This document shows positions 25,075 to 33,598 of a DNA stretch of 37,452 nt, piece by piece. The notes below the pieces were generated by a model. The model was not told the DNA's origin, did no database searches, and saw nothing but the letters and a program-made list of their open reading frames with translations. Numbering within the stretch: the stretch's first letter is position 1; each line of letters opens with the position of its first letter. Origin of the DNA: a virus (lineage: Duplodnaviria > Caudoviricetes); IMG/VR virus record IMGVR_UViG_3300013093_000119, positions 1 through 37,452 of that record; one strand, given 5' to 3'. Both the position numbers and the translations under genes were made by a program.

Positions 25075-25374
25075 CTATGATACATCTACAAATTTGTCTG
25101 ATCCGGTAGCTATCGGATTATCGTGAGGGGTAGGACCACCATCAATAATGTCAGGAGACTGACCATCTGGGTCGGCATTATCACCAACCAATATAGCATA
25201 TATTCCACCAATAGTTATATATGATTGAGAGTGGTGTAGTGCACCACCAACATCAGTATTATCATCGCCATCTACAGACCAAAGCTTACCATCTATCTTT
25301 ACAAAGTTCTGTCCAGCTACTATCGTAGTAGCTCCACAAGCTCTAGCATCTCCATCTCTATGTGCAAAAGCCAT
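25075..25374 (-). CDS. PAAR-like spike tip protein (gp5.4-like)
   Basis: 99 aa with three degenerate PAAR units (AHRDGD / WSVDGD / ILVGD), CG motif and C-terminal ATGS; directly after the gp5 C-terminal gene. Confidence 0.75.
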   Translation of the reverse strand: MAFAHRDGDARACGATTIVAGQNFVKIDGKLWSVDGDDNTDVGGALHHSQSYITIGGIYAILVGDNADPDGQSPDIIDGGPTPHDNPIATGSDKFVDVS

Positions 25375-25375
25375 T

Positions 25376-26104
25376 TTATGCCTTTACGAAACTTACAGCA
25401 GCTGCGGTTATTGTAATGCCAGCCTGATTAATTACTATTGTATTAGTTCCTACTTTAAGTGTTATAGATGAAAGACTCTCTAGCTTTAACTCATCTAAAG
25501 ACCATAAGTGTATTTTTCCAACATCAGAACTTATGTCTATATTTCCAGCTTGAATATTTACTCCATAGTCACCACCAGAAACTATTACTCCCCCGTGCCC
25601 GCCCACGTGTTCAATTATATCACCCTTGATATTAGTGTGTATACTTCCACTATGGTCTGTTATAACATTACCGGATGTTATATGATGTTTGTCACCATCC
25701 GATGTGTGTTGTACACTTGATCCACCAGAAGACTCTATCTTATGTCCAGATGTAGCCGAATACTTGTTGCCGCCGTGTTCTTCATGATGGTCCCCACCAA
25801 CATTATGTCTATGGTTTCCAGCCACATTTACGTCAGAGTGTCCACCAACAACATGGCTATGTCCATCTGCCATATTATGGAACACTTTACCTAAAGCGGC
25901 CTTTACTTCTCTTCCTAAACCACCGTCTGGACTATTCGAGACTTCAGTGTGACTACCATCAGAGAAGAACTTTCTAAATGCTTCATATCCTGGAGTATGA
26001 TCTTCATAATAACCACTTCCATCCGGATTCACAGTTGCTTTGGCAAATGGATACTCCGGAGTTACTTGAGAATCTGGATACTTTTTGTTATTAACGTCTG
26101 CCAT
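25376..26104 (-). CDS. gp5 C-terminal spike (triple beta-helix) as a separate gene
   Basis: EYPFAKA...EDHTPGYE...DGSHTEV resembles the gp5 YPYN...DDTPG.ER block; 8-aa VxGxxxxx repeats; VgrG-like end SITLKVGTNTIVINQAGITI. Confidence 0.75.
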   Translation of the reverse strand: MADVNNKKYPDSQVTPEYPFAKATVNPDGSGYYEDHTPGYEAFRKFFSDGSHTEVSNSPDGGLGREVKAALGKVFHNMADGHSHVVGGHSDVNVAGNHRHNVGGDHHEEHGGNKYSATSGHKIESSGGSSVQHTSDGDKHHITSGNVITDHSGSIHTNIKGDIIEHVGGHGGVIVSGGDYGVNIQAGNIDISSDVGKIHLWSLDELKLESLSSITLKVGTNTIVINQAGITITAAAVSFVKA

Positions 26105-26113
26105 TTATATTCT

Positions 26114-27805
26114 CTATGATATAAGTTGTAAGTTTTGGAACAAGTTTGATCCTATCACTGTAGTCATAGTAGTAGATGTATTTCCACCAACCGTATTGAT
26201 AGCACCATTCGATAGTGGAATCGATATACTAGAAGATGAACCAGGATTTAATGCTTGTATAAGAGCTATAACAGCTAAGGCTGCTTCTAGAATCTCAAGA
26301 TCTTGATCCAAGTCAGACTTTTTATACATTCCATCCATGGATGACTTCTTAGCAGCTAGTAGAGCTTGGCTAACAGTAAATCCTGTCATTGCTGTAGCAA
26401 ATCCACCGCTAAGTGCTGAGATTGGAAGTCTTCCTGATACTAGTTTATTAACACTAGTTCCTAAGAATCCAAGAAGTTGTGGTGCCATACTAAGTATAGA
26501 CCCAAGACCCACACCATGTCCAAGTATACTCGATAGACCCATATCTTGTATAGATGATCCCATAGAATTCATGAGTGTAGCTAATGCTAGTCCAGCAGCA
26601 GCACCTGTAAGACCGGCAGCTAGTATATTATTAAGACCCGTATGAGCTGTGTCTGAGTGCTTAAATGTTATTTCTTGCTCAGCAGATGTCCAGTTGGGCT
26701 CACCATTTCTTAGAGTATATACTTCAATATTAAAGTCGTTTGGATTCTTCCACACAATATAACCTGGCCATGGATCAATTCCTGCTGCGTAGTATTGTTT
26801 TATATAACCGCTTGGAGGAGTAGAAACTATCTGTTGATCTGGTGGCTTTGGAGAAGTTGATGTTGGAACACTAGCAGCTGGTTTTTGTGGAGCGCTAGGT
26901 CTACCATTATTAGCTGCAGATGCAACTAGCATTCCAGTCATAGCACCCATTATTATTGCTTTAGCTCCATCAGGGAATGTTCCTTCTGGGAGAATTCCCA
27001 TAGATCCAAGCGCGCTACTAAGCATAGACGTTACAGGACCTATTCCAGCTAGAGCTGCAAGAGAAGATATTCCACCAAGAAAAGATCCTTGCATTAGTGA
27101 TCTAACTCCCGCAGGACTACTAACAGATAACATCTTTGCAACAGGTATTAACCCAGCGACTGCTCCTTTGACAGTGGCAGATGCTGAGCTTGGATCAACA
27201 TTAGTTATGTGGTCAAGAACACCACCCTTATCTTTTGGATCAACCGATGCAGTAGTGGGAGCATCAGAGTTATGTAGTTTTGACTTTACCTCATCTGTCA
27301 TCGTTGTGCCTTTAGTATTAGGCGTAGATGGATCAGGTCCCTTACCAGTCTCATAGAGTTTCTTAGTAAGCGCAATAGCTGCTGCAACACCGCCAGCAGC
27401 AAGTATTCCATAAGCTATTTTATCGAGAGGAGCTGAAGACTGAGAATAAGATGGTATACTTCCGCCCTTATTATGGTCGATCGATATAACACCGTCTTGA
27501 ACTGGTCCACCGTCGGGGTCTCCACTCTTTCCAAGACTTCCTAATAGCATAGGATACTGTTGCGCTGGATCGGCATACATACCAATGACGTTTGATCCAG
27601 GTAATAGTCCTAGAGGTGATGTCCCTATTCTTCCAATGGCTGCACTAGTTATCGGCTGTATTGGAAGCGCCCATGGTAGAGTGTCGTCGGGGAAACTACC
27701 GACATCATCGTGTCTTCCAAATATTCTCACACGCACGCGACCAGACTTATGTGGGTCATCCATGACGTTAACTACTTTAGCTATAAAGAAACTAAACTCA
27801 CTCAT
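26114..27805 (-). CDS. gp5: gp5 N-terminal OB-fold protein with hydrophobic C-terminal extension and no lysozyme domain
   Basis: VVNVMDDPHKSGRVRVRIFGRH...LPWALPIQP...G..VIG...D...QYPMLLGSL; the remainder is G/A/S/L/M-rich. Confidence 0.8.
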   Translation of the reverse strand: MSEFSFFIAKVVNVMDDPHKSGRVRVRIFGRHDDVGSFPDDTLPWALPIQPITSAAIGRIGTSPLGLLPGSNVIGMYADPAQQYPMLLGSLGKSGDPDGGPVQDGVISIDHNKGGSIPSYSQSSAPLDKIAYGILAAGGVAAAIALTKKLYETGKGPDPSTPNTKGTTMTDEVKSKLHNSDAPTTASVDPKDKGGVLDHITNVDPSSASATVKGAVAGLIPVAKMLSVSSPAGVRSLMQGSFLGGISSLAALAGIGPVTSMLSSALGSMGILPEGTFPDGAKAIIMGAMTGMLVASAANNGRPSAPQKPAASVPTSTSPKPPDQQIVSTPPSGYIKQYYAAGIDPWPGYIVWKNPNDFNIEVYTLRNGEPNWTSAEQEITFKHSDTAHTGLNNILAAGLTGAAAGLALATLMNSMGSSIQDMGLSSILGHGVGLGSILSMAPQLLGFLGTSVNKLVSGRLPISALSGGFATAMTGFTVSQALLAAKKSSMDGMYKKSDLDQDLEILEAALAVIALIQALNPGSSSSISIPLSNGAINTVGGNTSTTMTTVIGSNLFQNLQLIS

Positions 27806-29031
27806 GCACCATTCTCCAGATTACCCTTAATGCACTCAACTATACATGTATATCTAGGATTCTCGCTAGCTAAACCAATATCGTGATGTATTCTCGATAT
27901 CAAGAACTTTCCAGACATCTGCTTATCATTATCTTTATTATCTGTAGTACTAGATCTCGTCGGTATATTTAACGTGATCACTGCACCTGGTACCAATTGA
28001 AAATCACCATATGTTCTAAACTTTAGCGAATTTTGTGCAAGTGCTGATAGATATGCAGACTTATCATGTATAGTCTCAGCTATATGTGTATTAGCTCTAC
28101 TATGATTATCTTGTAATACTATTTTTTGCTTAACATTCTTTGCAGCATCTACAAACTTAGATTTAGCATCGCTTGTTAGCATATTTCCAGTACCGCCAGA
28201 TGAATAGTCGGTAGTATTAGTCTCTACTCTCTTTTTAGAATATTGTTGTGTTGATAGATCATATGTTATGACATCAGAAGCCGCACCCTTTAATAAATCA
28301 AGAGCACTAAAATGCGCTGGTATCTCGAGAGCAAGTATCTGGTTATCAGTCTGCGCAGTTATATCATTGTTTAAAGCATCTGACTGCTGGAAAGTCTTTA
28401 CAGAAGATCCTTTAAATAATTGCTCGATTGTAGATAACTTATAAGCCATCTTACCACCGCTTCTAGTCTCAAAGAACACAAAGAATGAAGACTTATTTTG
28501 TGCTGACACAGCTCTTTGTCTTATAATAGCAATTGCATCATGTGCAGACATGCCACCGTGTAGGTATATGTGTTGGTTTCCTTGTGTATCCTCTACCATA
28601 ACTTCTTTATCGCTATGCAGTAGATCCTTAACTATCTGCTTAGTTAAGTTTGATATCTGTGTATCAGCAGACTTAATTGTATAGTTAAGGTGTCCATGTA
28701 TCACTTCATCTGACACCATCTTTATAGTGTAGATCTTTGACTTCATAGAAGCAGTCACACCGGTAGTGTTGTGGTTATGTATAACTGTGAAGTTGTATGT
28801 CTGTTCATCGCCACCAGGGACTTGAATTGAAAGATTTACTTCCTCACCGCCAACAAGTTTAATAACACCTATCTGATCGTCAGTGTCTACTACATCAATA
28901 TAACATACAATACCTGGAGTAAATATACTCTCATATATGTGCATACTACTAAACGACGTCGTTAGGTCTAAAGTACCTCCCGACGCCTTTATAGTTAGAC
29001 TGTTTACTACTAGATCACCAGGATTACTCAT
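27802..29031 (-). CDS. Baseplate hub protein (gp27/GpD-like)
   Basis: IYESIFTPG...D, FFVFFET, GDFQLVPG.VI.L.IP, SGKFLISRIHH; immediately upstream of gp5. Confidence 0.75.
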   Translation of the reverse strand: MSNPGDLVVNSLTIKASGGTLDLTTSFSSMHIYESIFTPGIVCYIDVVDTDDQIGVIKLVGGEEVNLSIQVPGGDEQTYNFTVIHNHNTTGVTASMKSKIYTIKMVSDEVIHGHLNYTIKSADTQISNLTKQIVKDLLHSDKEVMVEDTQGNQHIYLHGGMSAHDAIAIIRQRAVSAQNKSSFFVFFETRSGGKMAYKLSTIEQLFKGSSVKTFQQSDALNNDITAQTDNQILALEIPAHFSALDLLKGAASDVITYDLSTQQYSKKRVETNTTDYSSGGTGNMLTSDAKSKFVDAAKNVKQKIVLQDNHSRANTHIAETIHDKSAYLSALAQNSLKFRTYGDFQLVPGAVITLNIPTRSSTTDNKDNDKQMSGKFLISRIHHDIGLASENPRYTCIVECIKGNLENGA

Positions 29032-29900
29032 AATAGCTTCGTTAATGCCTTAGAAACTTGCATAGAATATGTTCTATCGAGCACTTTTATGCTCTTTTTT
29101 GACTCGTTTGCGGCTCTCTCCATATCATATAACATAAGTGGATCCCAATATCTCTCTTCACCTGAGATAATATTATTTGCTATTGAGACTACTGATGTAA
29201 ATACGACATTTGCGGCACTCTCTGTACCATAAATGTAACTTGAGCCGCTTGGTGTGTTATAAATGTGTCCAAAAACATGATTTACTGTTACATATGATGA
29301 ATTTGACTGTAAAACTTGAGCTTTTCCGACAGTATTTGCATCAAAATTGATAAAAACTATCTCGTCTACAATAAATTGAGCATCTGTATTAACAGAATAA
29401 CTAACAATCGCGTTAGTTTTTAGTTGCCAGTCAACTTTATTTCTAATGTATCCATTTATCACATCACTTTGAGTGTATGTTGGTTGCCAATACCTATGGC
29501 TAGTAGGAAGAGCATTATAGTCAGAAATACTAATAGTTTCACCATTGTACCAGTTATTAATATAGCTATGTACTTTATTTTGCAGTAGTGTTATATTATT
29601 TGTAGTAATAAGATTGTATTTCTTGACTAAGTAAGCAAAAAAAACATCATCTGACATATACCACTCATAATAAGGATCAATTATCTGATTTGAGAGGTAT
29701 AATAGCCAATCCATAAACTCATCGTTATAGTAAAAGTCAGCTATTTGGTCTGGTCTCTCAAAGTTTCTTATATCGTATTTGTACCATACGTACGGATTAT
29801 TAAAAACATTATCTGTTATCTTTGCACGCTCGACAATGTTAACTGCGGCGTTATTTGCATATGATATTAATGGGAATTTAGCGAAATATTTCTCAGCCAT
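29028..29900 (-). CDS. gp53: Baseplate wedge subunit gp53 (LysM-like)
   Basis: YFAKFPLISY, ERPDQIADFYY...WLLYLSNQIIDPYYEW, E..NESKKSIKVL. Confidence 0.88.
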   Translation of the reverse strand: MAEKYFAKFPLISYANNAAVNIVERAKITDNVFNNPYVWYKYDIRNFERPDQIADFYYNDEFMDWLLYLSNQIIDPYYEWYMSDDVFFAYLVKKYNLITTNNITLLQNKVHSYINNWYNGETISISDYNALPTSHRYWQPTYTQSDVINGYIRNKVDWQLKTNAIVSYSVNTDAQFIVDEIVFINFDANTVGKAQVLQSNSSYVTVNHVFGHIYNTPSGSSYIYGTESAANVVFTSVVSIANNIISGEERYWDPLMLYDMERAANESKKSIKVLDRTYSMQVSKALTKLL

Positions 29901-30865
29901 TATACGTGTCCGCCAGGTCTAATATCTTGTGCTTGATTTACAGGTATTCCTCCAACTGGAGAAGTACCTGCTCCTGTAATATCACTTCTTGAGAACCACT
30001 CGATCTCTTGTAGATTAACACTGAGTATCACCTGAGTAGGAGCACCAGAGTCATTGAAGAATGAAGGGCCACTTGGCGCAAAGTTTATAGATAGATCCTT
30101 AACAACGCAGTACTTAAAGTCATATAGATAACCGCTTGGATATATCGTAATCTTAGCCATATTAGGATATGTAAGAAGTGTCCCACCTACATTTGACTTT
30201 ATATCAGGTAACATATTTGACTTAAACTGTTGAATAATATTATTCAGTGTCTCAGTCTCAGACTTATTTCTTGGAGCAAGTGTCCACTCAAATGTATGTG
30301 ACTTAAATGCTGGACTCTGATACAGCATAGTCATAAATGGATTTTGAGCTACTCCAAATAATGAACCTAATTGTCCTGCAGTAGATTTATCTTGACCTAT
30401 AAAATTAGCTCCTTTAGCTAAAGCATCAGTTGCTAATCCGGCCCCCGCACCTGATACAGTTTTTGCAATTGTTGAGCCAGCTTGTGATAAACTACCTTGA
30501 ATATCACTTGAAGAATACTGCGCATTCTTATTTGAATTTAAGAAAGATTCAATTGCAGCTCCAGTAGCTGGATTTGTACTATCAACCGTCTGCCAATTTG
30601 CGCTAGTTTGATCTCTTAGATTATTAGGAATTGGTAATTGTATTCCACTAGTAGCTACTAATTTAGCCCTATCATAGATAGATCTTCTCTGATATTCCTG
30701 AAATTGAATGTCTATATAGTAGTTTCTACCTATACCTGGATTTACTAGATCGTGAGGAAATGTAGTATTTGTACCAGCACCAGCTACTTGATTGGCAACA
30801 ACATTAGGATCATTAGAATTCCTTAAAAGGCTTTGGGCAAATTGTTGGATAGAACCTGGATCCAT
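29900..30865 (-). CDS. gp48: Baseplate tail tube cap gp48
   Basis: IQLPIPNNLRD, NPFMTMLYQSPAFKSHTFEWTLAPRNKSE, CVVKDLSINFAP, PTQVILSVNLQEIE. Confidence 0.85.
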   Translation of the reverse strand: MDPGSIQQFAQSLLRNSNDPNVVANQVAGAGTNTTFPHDLVNPGIGRNYYIDIQFQEYQRRSIYDRAKLVATSGIQLPIPNNLRDQTSANWQTVDSTNPATGAAIESFLNSNKNAQYSSSDIQGSLSQAGSTIAKTVSGAGAGLATDALAKGANFIGQDKSTAGQLGSLFGVAQNPFMTMLYQSPAFKSHTFEWTLAPRNKSETETLNNIIQQFKSNMLPDIKSNVGGTLLTYPNMAKITIYPSGYLYDFKYCVVKDLSINFAPSGPSFFNDSGAPTQVILSVNLQEIEWFSRSDITGAGTSPVGGIPVNQAQDIRPGGHV

Positions 30866-30877
30866 TTAAGATTACCT

Positions 30878-30885
30878 TATAAATA
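30878..30885 (+). promoter_or_regulatory. T4-type late promoter (gp55 sigma) for the rightward operon
   Basis: Exact TATAAATA in the divergent intergenic gap, about 40 nt before the gp4 ATG. Confidence 0.8.
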
Positions 30886-30898
30886 GTGTTTGATAGTT

Positions 30899-30906
30899 TA
30901 TTTATA
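30899..30906 (-). promoter_or_regulatory. T4-type late promoter for the leftward baseplate/fibre operon
   Basis: TATTTATA on the + strand (TATAAATA on -), 33 nt upstream of the gp48 ATG. Confidence 0.8.
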
Positions 30907-30924
30907 GGCAAATTGGTCAATCTT

Positions 30925-31368
30925 ATGAAGACACACAAGGGATACTTTAAGCCTAAACATCCCGAAAAGTATAAGGGTGATCCGGCTAACATCATTTATA
31001 GATCTAGCTGGGAACTAAAGCTGATGATGTACTTGGATAGTCATAAAGACATTATTCAATGGTCTTCTGAGGAATTCTGTATACCGTATAGGTCTCCCGT
31101 GGACGGGCGTATACACAGGTATTTTCCAGACTTCTATGTAAAAAAGAAGAATGCTGATGGTAAGATTGAGGTTGCAGTCATTGAAGTCAAGCCATCATCC
31201 CAGACAGTACCTCCAGTTGTACAAAAGAAAGCAACTAAGAGATACATAAATGAGGTCTATACCTGGGGAATAAATAATGCTAAATGGGAAGCAGCCAGAG
31301 CATTCTGTGAAGACAGAAACTGGAGTTTTCATATATTTACCGAGAGAGAGTTAAACATAAACTTCTAA
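30925..31368 (+). CDS. gp4: Head completion nuclease gp4
   Basis: KGYFKPKHPEKYKGD...YRSSWE...WSSEE..IPYRSP.DGRIHRYFPDF...IEVKP...NNAKWEAA; start moved to ATG 30925. Confidence 0.92.
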   Translation: MKTHKGYFKPKHPEKYKGDPANIIYRSSWELKLMMYLDSHKDIIQWSSEEFCIPYRSPVDGRIHRYFPDFYVKKKNADGKIEVAVIEVKPSSQTVPPVVQKKATKRYINEVYTWGINNAKWEAARAFCEDRNWSFHIFTERELNINF

Positions 31369-31973
31369 TGGCAAGTTATTTCACACAAATTGCAACTGGT
31401 GGATCTGATGCGGGTATAACACCTAATCAGACGCAGGATGCCCGTGACTGGTATAGAGACTCAGCGAGTCAACTCTCATCACAAAATGTAAATCCAAATC
31501 GTGCATTTACTGATAAAGAAAATGTAGTCAATAAGATTGATATTAAGTCTATCGGCAAAATGTATATGTTCTTCTACGATCCTAAGCATAAAGATAGTCT
31601 TCCATTCTATGATACGTTTCCACTAGTGTTTCCAATTGGATTTAAGTCTGATGGATTCCTTGGAATTAATCTACACTATCTACCTCCAATGTTGAGGGCG
31701 AAATTAATGGATGCACTTTATCAGACGTCAAATAACAAAAAGTATGATGATACAACCAAGTTAAGAATATCCTATGAGATCCTACAGAGTTCATCAAAGT
31801 TTAAATACTTTGCACCTTGTCTGAAGCATTATCTCTGGGATCATGTGCAAGGCAATAAATACCTATATGTTCAACCCAAGAATTGGGATACCGCTTTAAT
31901 GTTGCCGCTACAAAGATTTAGAAAAGCTAATGCAGCGACAGTTCATAAAGACTCACTCAGTAAGGTAAGATAA
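31368..31973 (+). CDS. gp2: DNA end protector protein gp2
   Basis: GKMYMFFYDPKHKDSLPFYDTFPLVF...FLGINLHYLPP..RA.L...CLKHYL..HV. Confidence 0.9.
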   Translation: MASYFTQIATGGSDAGITPNQTQDARDWYRDSASQLSSQNVNPNRAFTDKENVVNKIDIKSIGKMYMFFYDPKHKDSLPFYDTFPLVFPIGFKSDGFLGINLHYLPPMLRAKLMDALYQTSNNKKYDDTTKLRISYEILQSSSKFKYFAPCLKHYLWDHVQGNKYLYVQPKNWDTALMLPLQRFRKANAATVHKDSLSKVR

Positions 31974-32692
31974 TGGCATTTAACATATCATCATTTAGTT
32001 CTAATATAGGAGCATATGGCGTACTTCCTAATAGTAAGTTCTATGTTATGATGCCACCATCTGGAGTGTTGATGGGTACCCTGCAAAATACTGCAGAATT
32101 AAATGGTGAAGGTATTGATACGACCGGTTTAACAAGACTTATGCAATTTAGAGCTGAGCAAGTAAGAATTCCTGGTCTAGTCTTACAGACTAATGATGTG
32201 AGAAGATATGGTCTTGGTGTAAATGAGAAGATGCCCCATAATGCTCAATTTAATGACACTAGCATAACATTTATAGCTGACAAGAATAGCTCAATATATC
32301 GATACATGTATGTATGGATGACCTCAATTGTCGACTTTGCAGGAACTACTACTAATCTAGGAAACCCTGTATTTACAGCAGAGTATAAAGACAATTATGT
32401 GACAGACATAGATATTTTTGTCTTTGACCAAGAAGGATTCTTATCAAAGAAGGTTACGCTGTATGATGCTTATCCTAACGCACTAAATGATATAAGTCTC
32501 GACTGGGGTAATCGAAACTCACTAATGAAGATCACGGTTGGATTTACATTTAAGAATTGGAAAGTTGATTCTGCTAATATTACCGGTGGTGGCGGTATGA
32601 TAACGCTAGATACACTGTTAAGAGTCGCGCAGAATCCTACTAGTGCCGCATATGTTGTAGGCGACGCGATAGAGAATTGGATATTAAGATAA
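31973..32692 (+). CDS. Tail tube-family protein (gp54 tube initiator or gp19-like)
   Basis: AEQVRIPG, YG..EKMP, F.D.SITF..D, EYKDNY, LYDAYP..L..I.LDW...MKITVGF; position between gp2 and gp26 favours gp54. Confidence 0.75.
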   Translation: MAFNISSFSSNIGAYGVLPNSKFYVMMPPSGVLMGTLQNTAELNGEGIDTTGLTRLMQFRAEQVRIPGLVLQTNDVRRYGLGVNEKMPHNAQFNDTSITFIADKNSSIYRYMYVWMTSIVDFAGTTTNLGNPVFTAEYKDNYVTDIDIFVFDQEGFLSKKVTLYDAYPNALNDISLDWGNRNSLMKITVGFTFKNWKVDSANITGGGGMITLDTLLRVAQNPTSAAYVVGDAIENWILR

Positions 32693-32720
32693 AACTGAAT
32701 TTTAGATATTGGAGTATACT

Positions 32721-33425
32721 ATGTTACCTAAGACATCTCACCCACAATTTCAAGTTGCTATACCTAGCTCAAATCAGAAATTGACCTTTAGACCATTTCT
32801 GGTAAAAGAAGAGAAACTTCTCTTGATGGCCAAGGATAGTGAGGATGAAGGTGATATCTTACAGGCGATAAAGCAGATCGTTAATAACTGCTGCATGGAC
32901 GAGTTTGATGTCAACTCACTATCACTTTTTGACCTAGAATATTTATTCATCCAAATCAGGGCAAACTCAGTTAATGACACTGTAACTGTATCCTACAAGG
33001 ATAAAGAGGATGATAAGATATATGACTTTGAAATTGATCTTAAAAAAGTAGAGGTCATATTTCCAGAGAATATCAAGAATGTCATTAAGATTACCAAGAC
33101 TGCTGGAATACAATTAAAGTATCCTAAGGTAACTCTATATGATGATAAAGATTTCCTTAACTCAGGTAACGAGGCATTCTTCCAATTAATCGTCAGATGT
33201 GTCGACAAGATCTATGATGGTGACGAGATCTATGACTGCTCACAATATACTCTACAAGAAATTGCAGATTATCTAGAGGATCTTGACATCAAGACCTTTG
33301 AGCAGGTCAGAGAATTTATGGCAAATCAGCCAAAACTATCATACGTAATTAAGTATAAGAACTCCCTTGGAAATGACCGAGAGATTGAACTGACAACGTT
33401 ATCTGATTTTTTTACGCTGCGCTGA
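32721..33425 (+). CDS. gp26: Baseplate hub assembly protein gp26 (tail assembly chaperone-like)
   Basis: MLPK...FRPFLVKEEKLLLMA, FDLEYLFIQIRANSV, LKYP, ends LSDFFTLR; GGAG RBS before ATG 32721. Confidence 0.88.
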   Translation: MLPKTSHPQFQVAIPSSNQKLTFRPFLVKEEKLLLMAKDSEDEGDILQAIKQIVNNCCMDEFDVNSLSLFDLEYLFIQIRANSVNDTVTVSYKDKEDDKIYDFEIDLKKVEVIFPENIKNVIKITKTAGIQLKYPKVTLYDDKDFLNSGNEAFFQLIVRCVDKIYDGDEIYDCSQYTLQEIADYLEDLDIKTFEQVREFMANQPKLSYVIKYKNSLGNDREIELTTLSDFFTLR

Positions 33426-33476
33426 ACCATAACAACTTAGAGAACTACTATACTACAGTATTCTCACTGGCTCAGC
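33407..33476 (+). promoter_or_regulatory. Putative programmed -1 ribosomal frameshift signal (slippery T TTT TTT plus downstream stem-loop)
   Basis: T7 run 33407-33413 in X XXY YYZ register; 7-nt spacer; stems GCTGAACCA(33421-29)/TGGCTCAGC(33468-76) and GAGAAcTACT(33440-49)/AGTATTCTC(33457-65). Confidence 0.7.
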
Positions 33477-33598
33477 ACCATAAATACACAATGACTGAAG
33501 TAGAGAATCTTATACCATTTGAGCGTGACCTCTACGTAGAGATGATAATGCGACACCTGAAAGAGGTCGAAGAACAGAGGAAACACGCGAATGGCTAA
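33407..33598 (+). CDS. gp51: gp51-like baseplate hub assembly catalyst frame (no canonical start; probably the C-terminus of a gp26-gp51 frameshift fusion); not in the ORF track
   Basis: FFYAALNHNNLENYYTTVFSLAQHHKYTMTEVENLIPFERDLYVEMIMRHLKEVEEQRKHANG*; carries the LENYY..F.L.QHHKY...E.ENxIPxERD.Y motif. Confidence 0.8.
   Translation, partial: FFYAALNHNNLENYYTTVFSLAQHHKYTMTEVENLIPFERDLYVEMIMRHLKEVEEQRKHANG

Noticed and set aside
26102-26116. Amber read-through rejoining gp5N and gp5C (they are in frame)
   Set aside because: The mRNA reads TAG AGA ATA TAA ATG; a second in-frame TAA blocks read-through.
1105-27830. Numerous + strand ORFs (e.g. 1105-1356, 7435-7929, 12913-13203, 26337-26645) and short same-strand out-of-frame ORFs
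   Set aside because: They lie antisense to or inside long motif-bearing genes and show shadow-ORF composition (V/L/F/P-rich) with no RBS or recognisable motifs.
30886-30924. Longer gp4 start at 30886 (and gp26 TTG start at 32709)
   Set aside because: The gp4 extension overlaps the promoter region and homology starts at MKTHKG; for gp26 the GGAG RBS fits ATG 32721.
22817-32692. T6SS, eCIS or tailocin interpretation of the PAAR, spike, gp25 and tube genes
   Set aside because: Head-related gp2 and gp4, T4-specific gp6/7/8/48/53/26 and TATAAATA promoters indicate a T4-like phage genome.
33479-33493. CATAAATA inside the gp51 frame as a late promoter giving a leaderless 35-aa peptide from ATG 33491
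   Set aside because: Explained by the His-Lys-Tyr codons of the conserved motif, and it would omit the conserved N-terminal half; it cannot be fully excluded as an internal promoter for downstream genes.
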